Source: Bacteroidota bacterium (GTDB lineage Bacteria > Bacteroidota > Bacteroidia > Bacteroidales > VadinHA17). Taken from it: DNA of 64,000 bases. The stretch covers positions 8,016-72,015 of the forward strand of contig DSCJ01000133.1 of the NCBI GenBank assembly GCA_011049175.1. The letters are read 5' to 3'. This document shows, in pieces, positions 1-10,048 of this stretch. Positions within the stretch are counted from its first letter, which is position 1. Each line of letters begins with the position of its first letter. A program made the translations under genes and the position numbers. Below the pieces are notes generated by a model. That model did not search any database. It saw only the letters and a program-made list of their open reading frames with translations, and was not told the origin of the DNA.

Positions 1-927
1 CCGTGCTACCCCATGTTTTGCATAGGCCGGGGGATCGAGAACGATAAGATTGTAGGTGCCAGGGGTATTTTTCAGAAAATCCATGGCATCGGCCACAAAA
101 GCCTCATGTTGTCCCGGAAATCCTGGATTTATTCTCAGGTTTTCCCCGGCCATCTCGATGGCGGCCCGGGAACTGTCAACGGTATGCACAACCCGGGCGC
201 CTCCGCGCAGGGCATAGACCGAAAAGCTGCCCGAATACCCGAACAGGTTCAGAACCTTTCTCCCGGCAGCCAGTTTTTCCAGCAGTTTCCGGTTTTCCCG
301 CTGGTCGATATAAAAACCTGTTTTTTGTCCATGCTCCCAGTCGGCTAAAAATGACAGGCCGGATTCCAGAAACGGTCCTTCTTCCCTTTCCCCATACAGG
401 TAGCCATCACGATGACTCTCCCTCATCCTGCCGGGCAGTGTCTGCAGGCTTTTATTGTACACCGCTTTCAGGTCCTTCCCCATAATTTCCTTCAATGCGC
501 GCACTATTTCACCTGCCGATCGGAGCATTCCCGCCGTATGAGCCTGCATAACGGCCGTTTTACCATACATGTCTACAACGAGGCCGGGCAAACCGTCCCC
601 TTCTCCGTGAACCAGCCTGTACATGCTGGTGTGATTGCTCCCTGCCAGGCCCAGTTCACGGCGCAGGGCCAGAGCGTTCTCCAGCTTTTCTTTCCAGAAA
701 CTGTCGCCGATTTGTTCTCTCTCAAAGGATAACACTCTGACGGCAATGCTCCCGGGCTGATAATGGCCTGTCCCCAGGAAACGGTTCATGTGGTCGGATA
801 CATTAACCAGGTCGCCTTCGGCAACATCCCCTTCAATCGATTGTATAGCGCCGGAAAAAACCCAGGGATGCCGGCGCATCAGGGAGGCTTCTTTCCCTTT
901 TTTCAGAATGATCCCCGGTCGTTTCAT
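1..927 (-). CDS. rlmI: RlmI-like class I SAM-dependent 23S rRNA m5C methyltransferase (3' end runs off the window)
   Basis: Not in the ORF track. Manual translation from ATG 927 gives MKRPGIILKKGKEASLMRRHPWVFSGAI (PUA-domain HPWVFSG motif), later GQKTGF..DQRENR and FCYTGGF motifs. Confidence 0.85.
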   Translation of the reverse strand, partial: MKRPGIILKKGKEASLMRRHPWVFSGAIQSIEGDVAEGDLVNVSDHMNRFLGTGHYQPGSIAVRVLSFEREQIGDSFWKEKLENALALRRELGLAGSNHTSMYRLVHGEGDGLPGLVVDMYGKTAVMQAHTAGMLRSAGEIVRALKEIMGKDLKAVYNKSLQTLPGRMRESHRDGYLYGEREEGPFLESGLSFLADWEHGQKTGFYIDQRENRKLLEKLAAGRKVLNLFGYSGSFSVYALRGGARVVHTVDSSRAAIEMAGENLRINPGFPGQHEAFVADAMDFLKNTPGTYNLIVLDPPAYAKHGVAR

Positions 928-929
928 TC

Positions 930-1511
930 TTATTCCGATTGAGCGGTTAAACGGCGGTACATAGCCAGACACACCCAGGCATCGGTAGCGGCATACAGTT
1001 CCTGGGCAGGGGTCAGTTTTTCGCCTTCCCAGTTTGTAAGCTGCTGTGCCTTGGACACCCGTATACCCAGAATGATGGCAGCCAGTTTCCTCAAACCGCG
1101 GTCTTCAATCCCATATTGTCCCGCTATTTGCTGCAGATCGAGAAAAGCCCCGGGCTCAAACGCCTGCAAACCGTTCAACTTGCCAAGATCATCATGAATA
1201 GCCACTCCTACTTTCAGGATCGAGCGACGGGCCAGGACCCTTTTCAGGGAAGGAGGCAAACCGAGCCTGTTCAGCCGGAACAGGAATGCATCATGTTCGG
1301 TAGCCAGCTGAAGCAGGCTAACGGAAAAATATTGTCCTTTCCGGAAACTGGGCCTGGATTCGGTGTCGAAACCCAGTATTTTCTGTCGTGACAGGAATTC
1401 TACAGCTTTTTGCAGGGCAGAGTGACGGTCGATCAAATGGATGTTGCCCTGAAAGAAGCCCTGGGGCAATGCTTCTATTTCCTGCCGGCTGATCTTACTT
1501 TTATAGGTCAT
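930..1511 (-). CDS. 3'-5' exonuclease (DnaQ/WRN-exo-like)
   Basis: GFDTES (ExoI), LLQLA, D..KL, YAATDA (ExoIII) motifs. Confidence 0.9.
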   Translation of the reverse strand: MTYKSKISRQEIEALPQGFFQGNIHLIDRHSALQKAVEFLSRQKILGFDTESRPSFRKGQYFSVSLLQLATEHDAFLFRLNRLGLPPSLKRVLARRSILKVGVAIHDDLGKLNGLQAFEPGAFLDLQQIAGQYGIEDRGLRKLAAIILGIRVSKAQQLTNWEGEKLTPAQELYAATDAWVCLAMYRRLTAQSE

Positions 1512-1549
1512 AACATCTGCCGGGGTATATTCCTTCTTCTGGAAAGATT

Positions 1550-2197
1550 TTAAAATAACTCATCATCATTCTGCTCTTTTCCGTATTCGCGCATTCTGCG
1601 CGATATAATCCAGTTGTCCGTATCGGGAAGATCATTCTCCGGGGCATCCTCCCCGCCGGTATATTCATCCAGGTTTTCACTTCCAAATTCCAGGTTGTGC
1701 AGAGCCCTGAGAACATTGACCGCTTTCTGCCCCCAGTAATCGATGAAATGTTCCTGGCATTCGGCCAGGGCATCGTTCATAATATCGGGAGTTCCCATAT
1801 GATACAGGGAAACGAAATCCTTGATATCCTGGTAAATATCGGCCATATCTTCGGCTATGCTGCATACCACCGGGGTTTCGCTCTCCCTCATCCGCTCATC
1901 GAATACTTCCAGGTATTCATTAAAGCGTCCGAGCACTTGCAAAACGGAATCGTTTACGGCATTCCATTCCTTTTCCGTAACGAATTTTTCCAGGGGCTCG
2001 TCAAGAACCGTCTCAAAAATCGGAAGCAGGGAGAAATCATGATAGAGCCTGAGGAGGGAAAGCCTGACAGAGCGCACCCACTCACTTCTTGAAGAAGCGC
2101 CCCGGGTATTATCGAGCAGGGTGCAAAAATCGCCTGCACTCCTGACAAAGGCGATCACTCCCCCCGAAAAAACAGGATGTGTTTCAGGATGATCCAT
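1550..2197 (-). CDS. DUF5063-like protein
   Basis: Y.EVFD, IAEDMADIYQDIKDF, WGQK...LRALH pattern; usual Bacteroidota neighbour of the exonuclease and rlmI. Confidence 0.8.
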   Translation of the reverse strand: MDHPETHPVFSGGVIAFVRSAGDFCTLLDNTRGASSRSEWVRSVRLSLLRLYHDFSLLPIFETVLDEPLEKFVTEKEWNAVNDSVLQVLGRFNEYLEVFDERMRESETPVVCSIAEDMADIYQDIKDFVSLYHMGTPDIMNDALAECQEHFIDYWGQKAVNVLRALHNLEFGSENLDEYTGGEDAPENDLPDTDNWIISRRMREYGKEQNDDELF

Positions 2198-2214
2198 ACA
2201 TCAGCATTTGGTTG

Positions 2215-2222
2215 CAAAGATA
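2215..2222 (-). promoter_or_regulatory. Bacteroidota sigma-A -7 box (TATCTTTG)
   Basis: Matches TAnnTTTG, 17 nt upstream of ATG 2197. Confidence 0.55.
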
Positions 2223-2246
2223 GGGGCTTTTCGGCAAAACGGAAAT

Positions 2247-4151
2247 TCATCCCCTCCAGATGAGGCGTTGATCACCGTCGTATCCCAGGAGTTCCTGGTC
2301 GAGAAGCCAGCGGACCACGCGGAGTATCTTCTCTTCGTCGCCTTTCATTTTTTCCACCAGCTCAGCGGGGCTCAGCGGATCGTCGGACAGGGCTTCCCGG
2401 ATCGTTTCACGGAGGGTTTCCCGTTCTTCTCTGTCGGGACCAGGATCGTCCTTTTCCATGCATATATCGCAATGCCCGCAGGGCCGGGTTAATTTTTCCC
2501 CGAAATATTCCAGCAGGAAGCGGCTGCGGCAGTTACCGGTCTGTTGCACGTAGGCAATCATGCGTTGCAGCCTTTCGATATACCGCTCTTTCCTGAAATT
2601 CAGCTTTTCGGGTGAAATATAGAGGGATTTGGTTTCGAGCCTTTCTTCCGTATAGATCAGCAGAGGGGAGCGGCGTTTGGGAATATACTGAATGATCCCC
2701 AGTTCCCTGAGGCGTATGAGATAACGGGTAACGGTATCCGGAGGAAGATTGCTTTTGCGTGCCAGGAAATCTTCATGAATGGCAACATATTCCGAAAACA
2801 CACCCGAGTAGCTGCGCAGCAGGAGCTTGATAAACCCGTCGAAACGGGCGTTGGCCACCTGGAACCGGTACAGGTCGTCCCTGTTCACCAGGAAATGGAT
2901 ACGGGAAGGATTGCTGATCTCTTCGGTAAGTTCAACATAGCCTTCTCTCTCGAGCACTTTCAGGGCGTTGAATGTGAGGGTAAGGTTCAGGTTGAAGCGT
3001 TCACAAAATTCGGAGATAAAAAAGTCAAACGGCATGCCTTTGGCCCCTCCAATAGGTATTTGCAGATAATTTCCCAGCAGCTCGTATATTCGTTTGATCT
3101 CGGCAATGGGCGGAAAATTCAGATCCACCCTTTTTTCCAGTCCTTTGATATCCTGCGGATGATACAGCAAAACGGCATAGGCCCGCCGGCCATCCCTGCC
3201 CGCCCTACCCGCTTCCTGAAAATAGGATTCGACAGATTCCGGCACATCATAATGCACCACCACCCTCACATCCTCCTTATCAATACCCATACCGAAGGCA
3301 TTGGTTGCCACCATGTAGTCGGTTTTCCCTTCCATCCACTCTTTCTGCCGGGCATGGCGTGTTTCAGGTCGGAGACCGGCATGATAATAATCCACACTCA
3401 CTTTCTGCTGTTTCAGCCAGTCGGACACATCCCTGGCTTTCCGCCGGCTTCTCACATACACAATGCCCGATCCCTTCGTTTTGCTGATAATCCTCAAAAG
3501 GTAGCCAAGCTTGTCATCGGCCTGTCTGACCAGATAAATCAGGTTTTTCCTTTCAAAGCTTACGCGCAGCACATTTTTTTCCCTGAAAAGCAGCTTTTCC
3601 TGAATATCCTGCACCACCTCCTCCGTGGCGGTTGCAGTAAGAGCCAGAACAGGCACGCCGGGCAGGAATTTCCTCAATTCGGCCACCTTCAGGTAGGAAG
3701 GACGAAAATCATAGCCCCACTGGGAGATGCAATGAGCCTCGTCAACGGCCAGGAGGTTTACTTTCAGTTTTTCGACCCTTGAAAGGAATAGCTCCGTTCC
3801 CAGCCGTTCGGGCGAGACATACAACAATTTATAATCTCCATACAGGCAGTTGTCCAGTCCCTTGATGATTTCTTCGCGGGTAAGGCCGGAATGTATAGCC
3901 ATGGCTTTGATACCCAGATTTTTGAGTCTGGCCACCTGATCTGTCATCAGAGCAATCAGGGGGGTCACCACCAGGCACAGGCCATCGCGTGCCAGGGCCG
4001 GCACCTGGTAGGTGAGCGATTTACCGCCTCCGGTAGGCATCAGTCCCAGGGTATCGTGGCCGTTCACAACCGATTTGATGATTTCATCCTGCAGGGGCCG
4101 AAAGGACGAATAACCCCAGTATTTGGTCAGTATTTGCTGATACAGGTTCAA
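2247..4151 (-). CDS. recQ: RecQ-family ATP-dependent DNA helicase (RecQ2-type, no obvious HRDC)
   Basis: MPTGGGKS, DEAHCISQWGYDFRP, QEAGRAGRDG, Zn motif CR..LL.YFGE..CGHCDIC. Confidence 0.92.
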   Translation of the reverse strand: MNLYQQILTKYWGYSSFRPLQDEIIKSVVNGHDTLGLMPTGGGKSLTYQVPALARDGLCLVVTPLIALMTDQVARLKNLGIKAMAIHSGLTREEIIKGLDNCLYGDYKLLYVSPERLGTELFLSRVEKLKVNLLAVDEAHCISQWGYDFRPSYLKVAELRKFLPGVPVLALTATATEEVVQDIQEKLLFREKNVLRVSFERKNLIYLVRQADDKLGYLLRIISKTKGSGIVYVRSRRKARDVSDWLKQQKVSVDYYHAGLRPETRHARQKEWMEGKTDYMVATNAFGMGIDKEDVRVVVHYDVPESVESYFQEAGRAGRDGRRAYAVLLYHPQDIKGLEKRVDLNFPPIAEIKRIYELLGNYLQIPIGGAKGMPFDFFISEFCERFNLNLTLTFNALKVLEREGYVELTEEISNPSRIHFLVNRDDLYRFQVANARFDGFIKLLLRSYSGVFSEYVAIHEDFLARKSNLPPDTVTRYLIRLRELGIIQYIPKRRSPLLIYTEERLETKSLYISPEKLNFRKERYIERLQRMIAYVQQTGNCRSRFLLEYFGEKLTRPCGHCDICMEKDDPGPDREERETLRETIREALSDDPLSPAELVEKMKGDEEKILRVVRWLLDQELLGYDGDQRLIWRG

Positions 4152-4302
4152 TCCAAATGATTTTTTGTTTAATACCCTGCCTTTATGTTCAATAGACCCT
4201 CATCTCCCGCTAAAAAAATCCGCTGCCTTCGCCCCGGTCCGTTTATTTTTTGTAATTTGGCGCCAGCATTTTCGGGAAAATAAATTTACAAAAATATAGA
4301 TA

Positions 4303-5772
4303 ATGTCGTCAACCAACGGTCAAATCGTTTCTGAAGGACTCACATTCGACGATGTTCTTCTTGTACCGGCCTATTCCTCCGTACTTCCCAGAGAAGTCAG
4401 CCTGGCCACCCGGTTTTCCAGGAATATACCGCTGAATGCCCCGGTAGTATCGGCAGCCATGGACACCGTAACCGAGGCCGAAATGGCCATTGCCATTGCC
4501 CGCGAGGGGGGAATCGGGGTGATCCATAAGAATATAAGCATTGAAGAGCAGGCGCGGCAGGTCAAAAAAGTAAAACGGGCAGAGAACGTGATGATTACCG
4601 ATCCCATTACCATCCACCGCGATGCAACGGTAGGCGATGCACTGGCCCTGATGAATGAATTCCGGATAGGAGGCATTCCCGTGGTGGAAAAAGGTGGGCA
4701 TCTGGTGGGGATTGTCACCAACCGCGACCTGCGGTTTGAAAAAAACCTCACCCGCCCGGTAAGCGAGGTCATGACCCACGAAAAACTGATCACCACCACC
4801 TACCCCACCGATCTGAGCGAGGCGGCCGATATTCTCCAGGAATATAAAATCGAAAAGTTGCCCATTGTAGATGAGCAGTACCACCTGATCGGGCTGATCA
4901 CCTACAAGGACATTACCAAAACCAAGGACCGGCCCAGTGCAGCCAAGGATGAAAAAGGGCGCCTTCGTGTGGCGGCTGCCGTGGGGGTGACACACGACAC
5001 CATGGTGCGGGTGGAAGCCCTGGTAGATGCCCAGGTGGATGCCATTGCCGTGGATACGGCTCATGCACATACCGAAACGGTCATCTCACTGATCAAACGG
5101 ATCAAAAAGGCCTTCCCTCACACCGATCTGGTTGCCGGAAACATCGGCACGGCAGAGGCAGCACAGGCGCTGGCCGATGCGGGAGCCGATGCGGTAAAAG
5201 TGGGAATCGGGCCGGGATCGATATGTACCACCCGGGTGGTAGCCGGAGTGGGGGTTCCCCAGCTTACGGCCATTATTAATGCGGCCGGTGTGCTAAAGAA
5301 AAGAAACATCCCCCTGATAGCCGACGGCGGGATCAGATATTCGGGCGATATCGTAAAAGCCCTGGCAGCCGGCGCCCAGACAGTCATGATCGGCTCCCTG
5401 TTCGCCGGTGTGGAAGAAAGTCCGGGTGAAACTATCATCTATGAAGGAAGAAAATTCAAATCATACCGCGGGATGGGATCCATTGAGGCCATGCAAAGGG
5501 GATCGAAAGACCGTTATTACCAGGACATGGAGGACGATATCGCCAAATTCGTACCGGAAGGCATAGTGGCCCGTGTTCCTTACAAGGGGACTCTTTCCGA
5601 GGTGATCTACCAGATGATGGGCGGATTGCGGGCCGGCATGGGATATTGCGGCACGAAAAACCTGGAAGAGCTGACCGGAGCACGTTTTGTCAGGATAACC
5701 AATGCAGGCGTTATTGAAAGCCATCCCCATGACGTGACCATTACCCGTGAAGCGCCCAATTACAGCCGCTGA
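4303..5772 (+). CDS. guaB: IMP dehydrogenase
   Basis: [19 protein letters not shown] pair, [11 protein letters not shown] catalytic Cys, YRGMGS. Confidence 0.98.
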   Translation: MSSTNGQIVSEGLTFDDVLLVPAYSSVLPREVSLATRFSRNIPLNAPVVSAAMDTVTEAEMAIAIAREGGIGVIHKNISIEEQARQVKKVKRAENVMITDPITIHRDATVGDALALMNEFRIGGIPVVEKGGHLVGIVTNRDLRFEKNLTRPVSEVMTHEKLITTTYPTDLSEAADILQEYKIEKLPIVDEQYHLIGLITYKDITKTKDRPSAAKDEKGRLRVAAAVGVTHDTMVRVEALVDAQVDAIAVDTAHAHTETVISLIKRIKKAFPHTDLVAGNIGTAEAAQALADAGADAVKVGIGPGSICTTRVVAGVGVPQLTAIINAAGVLKKRNIPLIADGGIRYSGDIVKALAAGAQTVMIGSLFAGVEESPGETIIYEGRKFKSYRGMGSIEAMQRGSKDRYYQDMEDDIAKFVPEGIVARVPYKGTLSEVIYQMMGGLRAGMGYCGTKNLEELTGARFVRITNAGVIESHPHDVTITREAPNYSR

Positions 5773-5853
5773 ACAGGTTAAAATATCCCGGGAGCTTTTC
5801 CGTTCAATCATAACCCGGAACAGTTTCTGTTGCTGAACAAAACCGGATGCATT

Positions 5854-7821
5854 ATGAACAAAATAACGCATATTTTCTGCCTGTTGACCCTGGCACTGAT
5901 GATTCCGGCTGCCCATTGCCCCGCCCAGGATCCGGAAGAAGTACTGCTCACCGTTAATAACCACCCGGTTACCCTGGGGGAATTCGAGCGCATCTACCGA
6001 AAAAACAATCCGGATGCTCCTGCCGACCGGGAAAGCATAGAAAATTACCTGGAACTGTTTATCCGGTTCAAGCTGAAAGTAACGGAAGCCATGGAGCAGG
6101 GGCTGGATACCACCCGGTCGTTCAGGAGGGAACTGAATAAATACCGTAGCCAGCTGGCAAAACCCTATCTCTCGGATACGGAGTACAACCGGCATCTGAT
6201 GAGGGAAGCATGGGAAAGGATGCAGACCGATATACGGGCAAGCCATATCCTGATCAGCCTGGATGAGTGGGCAGCTCCGGAAGATACCCTGGCTGCATGG
6301 GAAAAAGCCGTCAATATCAGAAAGAGGATTCTGGCCGGCGAACCCTTTGAGCAGGTAGCCCGGGGAACCTCCGACGACCCCTCGGTAAGGCATAACGGAG
6401 GCGATCTGGGCTTTTTTACGGCTTTTTCGATGATATACCCTTTTGAAACGGCAGCCTGTCAAATGGAAGTGGGAGAAGTGAGCATGCCCGTACGCACAAG
6501 GTATGGATACCATATTATAAAAGTAACCGACAAACGCCCGGCTGCCGGACAGATAAAGGTGGCCCACATCATGGTGGCTGCTTCGGAAAAGGCTGCAGAA
6601 GAACTTCAGCAGCAGGCAAAAGAAAAGGTGGATTTGATTATGAAAAAACTTCGCCAGGGAGAACCGTTCGACAACCTGGCCGTGGAATATTCCGACGATC
6701 AGGCTTCGGCCGCGCGGGGAGGAGAACTTCCCTGGTTTGGAGTAGGCCGTATGACCCGCCCTTTTGAAGAAGCCGCCTTTGCCCTGAAAAAAAACGGGGA
6801 TATTTCAGATCCTGTACGCACCGAATACGGTTGGCACATCATTAAAAGACTCGACCACCGGCCGGTGGGAAGTTTCGAATCGATGCAGAAGGATCTGGAA
6901 GAAAGAGTAACCCGGGGTGACCGCCTGATAAAAAGCCAGGCCGTTTTTACGGAAAAGCTGAAGGAAGAATACGGTTTTACCGAATTCACTGAACATCTGG
7001 AACCTCTGATGGAAATAAGCGGTGACAGTTTTTTTTATGATACCGGCAACCAGGCAGAAGCCCCCGGCATGAAGGCTATCCTGTTCCGTTTCAACGGAAG
7101 ATCATACACCGTGGCAGATTTTGCAGGATACCTGCAGGACCTCGCTTTCCATCCTGAACGAATGGATGCCCGGTCTTTTATCAGAAAATCTTACCATCGG
7201 TTTGTATCCGAAAAGATACTGGAATATGAAAACAGCCGGCTCGAAGAAAAGTATCCGCAGTTCAGGCACCTTATGCAGGAATACCACGACGGGATCCTGC
7301 TTTTTGAAATAACCGACCGGGAAGTATGGTCCAGAGCGGTGCGCGACTCTGCCGGTCTGGCCGAATACTTCCGGCAGAACCGCAGCAATTATATGTGGGC
7401 TGAGAGACTGGATGCCAGTGTATTCAGGGCCGATCCACAGGTAAACCGGTCCAGGCTTGAAAGATTCCTTACCCGCCGCACCCGCCGGGAAGCCACCCTT
7501 GACTATCTGAACAGAAAACTCCGGCTTAATCCTGCCGACAGCCTCCTTACGGTGGAGCAGGTGGTCTGCCTGCCGGAAAACACTCCCTGGCAGGGTCCGG
7601 TGCAGGCCGAACCCGGCGTGTACCAGGCCAGAATGAACGGAGAACAGGTCTGGGTCAGAATCAACCGCATCCTTCCCCCGGAACCCAAAAAACTGGATGA
7701 TGTAAAAGGCCCGGTAACGGCCGATTACCAGGAATACCTGGAAGAACAATGGATAAAAGAACTGAAGAAGAAATATGAGGTTACCGTCAACCGGGATCTT
7801 CTGGAAAAAATGTACAAATAA
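5854..7821 (+). CDS. Exported parvulin-type peptidyl-prolyl isomerase (two rotamase domains)
   Basis: Signal peptide after ATG 5854 (ORF track starts at TTG 5830); ASHIL..GGDLG..YGYHII and VAHIM..GGEL..YGWHII; EYHDGILLF. Confidence 0.9.
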   Translation: MNKITHIFCLLTLALMIPAAHCPAQDPEEVLLTVNNHPVTLGEFERIYRKNNPDAPADRESIENYLELFIRFKLKVTEAMEQGLDTTRSFRRELNKYRSQLAKPYLSDTEYNRHLMREAWERMQTDIRASHILISLDEWAAPEDTLAAWEKAVNIRKRILAGEPFEQVARGTSDDPSVRHNGGDLGFFTAFSMIYPFETAACQMEVGEVSMPVRTRYGYHIIKVTDKRPAAGQIKVAHIMVAASEKAAEELQQQAKEKVDLIMKKLRQGEPFDNLAVEYSDDQASAARGGELPWFGVGRMTRPFEEAAFALKKNGDISDPVRTEYGWHIIKRLDHRPVGSFESMQKDLEERVTRGDRLIKSQAVFTEKLKEEYGFTEFTEHLEPLMEISGDSFFYDTGNQAEAPGMKAILFRFNGRSYTVADFAGYLQDLAFHPERMDARSFIRKSYHRFVSEKILEYENSRLEEKYPQFRHLMQEYHDGILLFEITDREVWSRAVRDSAGLAEYFRQNRSNYMWAERLDASVFRADPQVNRSRLERFLTRRTRREATLDYLNRKLRLNPADSLLTVEQVVCLPENTPWQGPVQAEPGVYQARMNGEQVWVRINRILPPEPKKLDDVKGPVTADYQEYLEEQWIKELKKKYEVTVNRDLLEKMYK

Positions 7822-7823
7822 TT

Positions 7824-8681
7824 ATGAAAAAAAACCTTATCGCCTTTCTGTCTGTCATCCTCACTGCCGTATCGTGCGTCAACTACGAGCATACCAACGG
7901 GGAACAACCCGTGGCAAGGGTCCATAACACATACCTTTACCCCTCCGATCTTACCGGTATCCTGCCTCAGAAATATACCCGGACCGACAGCATACGCATC
8001 GTGGAAGACTACATACGGAAATGGATCAAAACCCAGCTCATGCTCAAAAAGGCGGAAATAAACCTCACACAGACCGACCTGGAGGAGATCCGGCGGCAGC
8101 TGGAACATACCAGGGCTTCCCTTACCATATACAAATATGAGCAGGAGATGATGCGGCAGAAAATGGACACCACTGTCACGGCCGAAGAAATCCGGCAATA
8201 CTATGAGGATCATTCCGAAAATTTTATCCTCGACCGGAATATTGTAAAGGCTACCTATATCAAAATTCCCGACGGAGCTCCCAACCTGGAAAGGGTAAGA
8301 ACCTGGTACCGGTCGGAGAACAAAGAAGACCAGAATTCCCTGGAAAGCTATTGTTATCAGTATGCCAGCAAGTATGATCATTTTGATGACGACTGGATTG
8401 CTTTCAGAGAAATACTGAATCTGCTTCCGGGAGAGATCAGGAACGAAGAATCATTCCTGCGGTATAATGCTTCCATTGAAATGCGTGATTCATCCTATCA
8501 TTACTTTGTTGCCATCAGGGATTACCAGCTGGCAGGTGCGGAAGCCCCTGTGGAATTTGTTGACGAACGCATCAGGAACATCATTCTGAACAAAAGAAAA
8601 GTAACATTCATCAGAGAACTGGAAAACTCTGTGTATAAAGAAGGACTTACAAAAAACGAATTTGAGATTTTGACACCATGA
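7824..8681 (+). CDS. PPIase/SurA-related lipoprotein
   Basis: Lipobox AVSC, VARV...YLY.SDL; middle gene of the guaB-PPIase-PPIase-surA-ostA cluster. Confidence 0.75.
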   Translation: MKKNLIAFLSVILTAVSCVNYEHTNGEQPVARVHNTYLYPSDLTGILPQKYTRTDSIRIVEDYIRKWIKTQLMLKKAEINLTQTDLEEIRRQLEHTRASLTIYKYEQEMMRQKMDTTVTAEEIRQYYEDHSENFILDRNIVKATYIKIPDGAPNLERVRTWYRSENKEDQNSLESYCYQYASKYDHFDDDWIAFREILNLLPGEIRNEESFLRYNASIEMRDSSYHYFVAIRDYQLAGAEAPVEFVDERIRNIILNKRKVTFIRELENSVYKEGLTKNEFEILTP

Positions 8682-10048
8682 ACATGAAAACCGTTTTGCG
8701 CCCCTATTTTTTGAAATCGTTGATGTTGTTGCTCTTTCCTGCCGGGATATTCGCCCAGGAAATCATGGTCGATCAAATCGTGGGAGTGGTTGGCGACAAT
8801 ATTATCCTGCAATCGGATATTGAGAACCAGTATTATCAAATGCAGGCCCAGGGATATACCGGAGATGCCCGGCAAATGAAATGTGAGATTTTTGAAGACC
8901 TTCTGGTTCAGAGGCTTTTCCTGAACCAGGCCATGATTGACAGCATCGAGGTCACCCCGGCCGAGGTGGAAAATGAGCTCAACCGGCGTCTTCAGATATA
9001 TATCAACCAGATCGGCTCACAGGAACGCCTGGAAGAATATTACAATAAATCCCTTCTGGAGATCAAGGAAACCTTTCGCGAAGTGATCCGCGATCAGCTG
9101 CTGACACAGAGAATGCAGGCGGAACTTTCAAATGATATCAACGTGGTCCCTTCGGAAGTGAGGAATTACTATAAACAGTTGCCGCCCGACAGCATACCGG
9201 AAATTCCTGAACAATATGAAATAAGACAGATTGTAAAGAAACCCAGGATCAGTGAGGAAGCCACTTTTGAGGTAAAAGAAAGGCTGCTGGAACTGAGGGA
9301 ACGGATCGTCCAGGGTGAAAGCTTTTCCACCCTGGCCATCCTGTATTCGGAAGATCCGGGTACCGCCATGAGGGGGGGAGAACTTGGATTCACCAGCCGG
9401 GGATCACTGGTCAAGGAATTTGCTGATGTGGCATTCAGTTTGAAGCAAAACCAGGTATCTCAGATTGTGGAAACCGAGTTCGGGTACCATATCATCCAGC
9501 TCATCGAACGGAGTGGGGAGCAGGTGAATGTAAGGCATATATTATTGAAGCCCAGAGCCTCTGAAGAAGCAAGCCGGAATGCTGTTGCCGCTCTCGACAG
9601 CCTGGCATCGAGGATCCGGATGGATTCCATCGCGTTTGAAACGGCAGCCCGGTTTTTCTCCAACGATGAAGATACCCGACTGAGCGGAGGCATGATGGTG
9701 AATCAGTCAACCGGAACCACCCGTTTTACCCTGGAAGAATTCGATCGTCCCACCCGGCAGATCATACAAAACCTGAAACCGGGAGAAGTGTCCGATCCAT
9801 TTGAAGCCACCGACAAAACCGGAAGGAAAATATACAAGATCATCCAGATAACCCGCATTATCCCCGCCCACCGGGCCAACCTGGACCTGGACTATTCCCT
9901 CATCCAGAATATGGCCCTGTCTGACAAGAAAAGCCGTCTTCTGAACCAGTGGGTAAGGGATCGGATTACCGAAACATATATCAGGATTGATCCGTCTTTC
10001 CGTGACTGTGATTTCAACATCAAGGGATGGATCAGAGAAAGCCCGTGA
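8678..10048 (+). CDS. surA: SurA-like periplasmic chaperone/PPIase
   Basis: VDQIVGVVGD.IILQSD, YSEDPG..GGELG, FGYHIIQL, RHILL. Confidence 0.85.
   Translation: MNMKTVLRPYFLKSLMLLLFPAGIFAQEIMVDQIVGVVGDNIILQSDIENQYYQMQAQGYTGDARQMKCEIFEDLLVQRLFLNQAMIDSIEVTPAEVENELNRRLQIYINQIGSQERLEEYYNKSLLEIKETFREVIRDQLLTQRMQAELSNDINVVPSEVRNYYKQLPPDSIPEIPEQYEIRQIVKKPRISEEATFEVKERLLELRERIVQGESFSTLAILYSEDPGTAMRGGELGFTSRGSLVKEFADVAFSLKQNQVSQIVETEFGYHIIQLIERSGEQVNVRHILLKPRASEEASRNAVAALDSLASRIRMDSIAFETAARFFSNDEDTRLSGGMMVNQSTGTTRFTLEEFDRPTRQIIQNLKPGEVSDPFEATDKTGRKIYKIIQITRIIPAHRANLDLDYSLIQNMALSDKKSRLLNQWVRDRITETYIRIDPSFRDCDFNIKGWIRESP

Noticed and set aside
4152-4302. Purine riboswitch upstream of guaB (also checked purA, and a cobalamin riboswitch near the adenosyltransferase)
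   Set aside because: The intergenic regions are short, and I could not find the conserved aptamer cores
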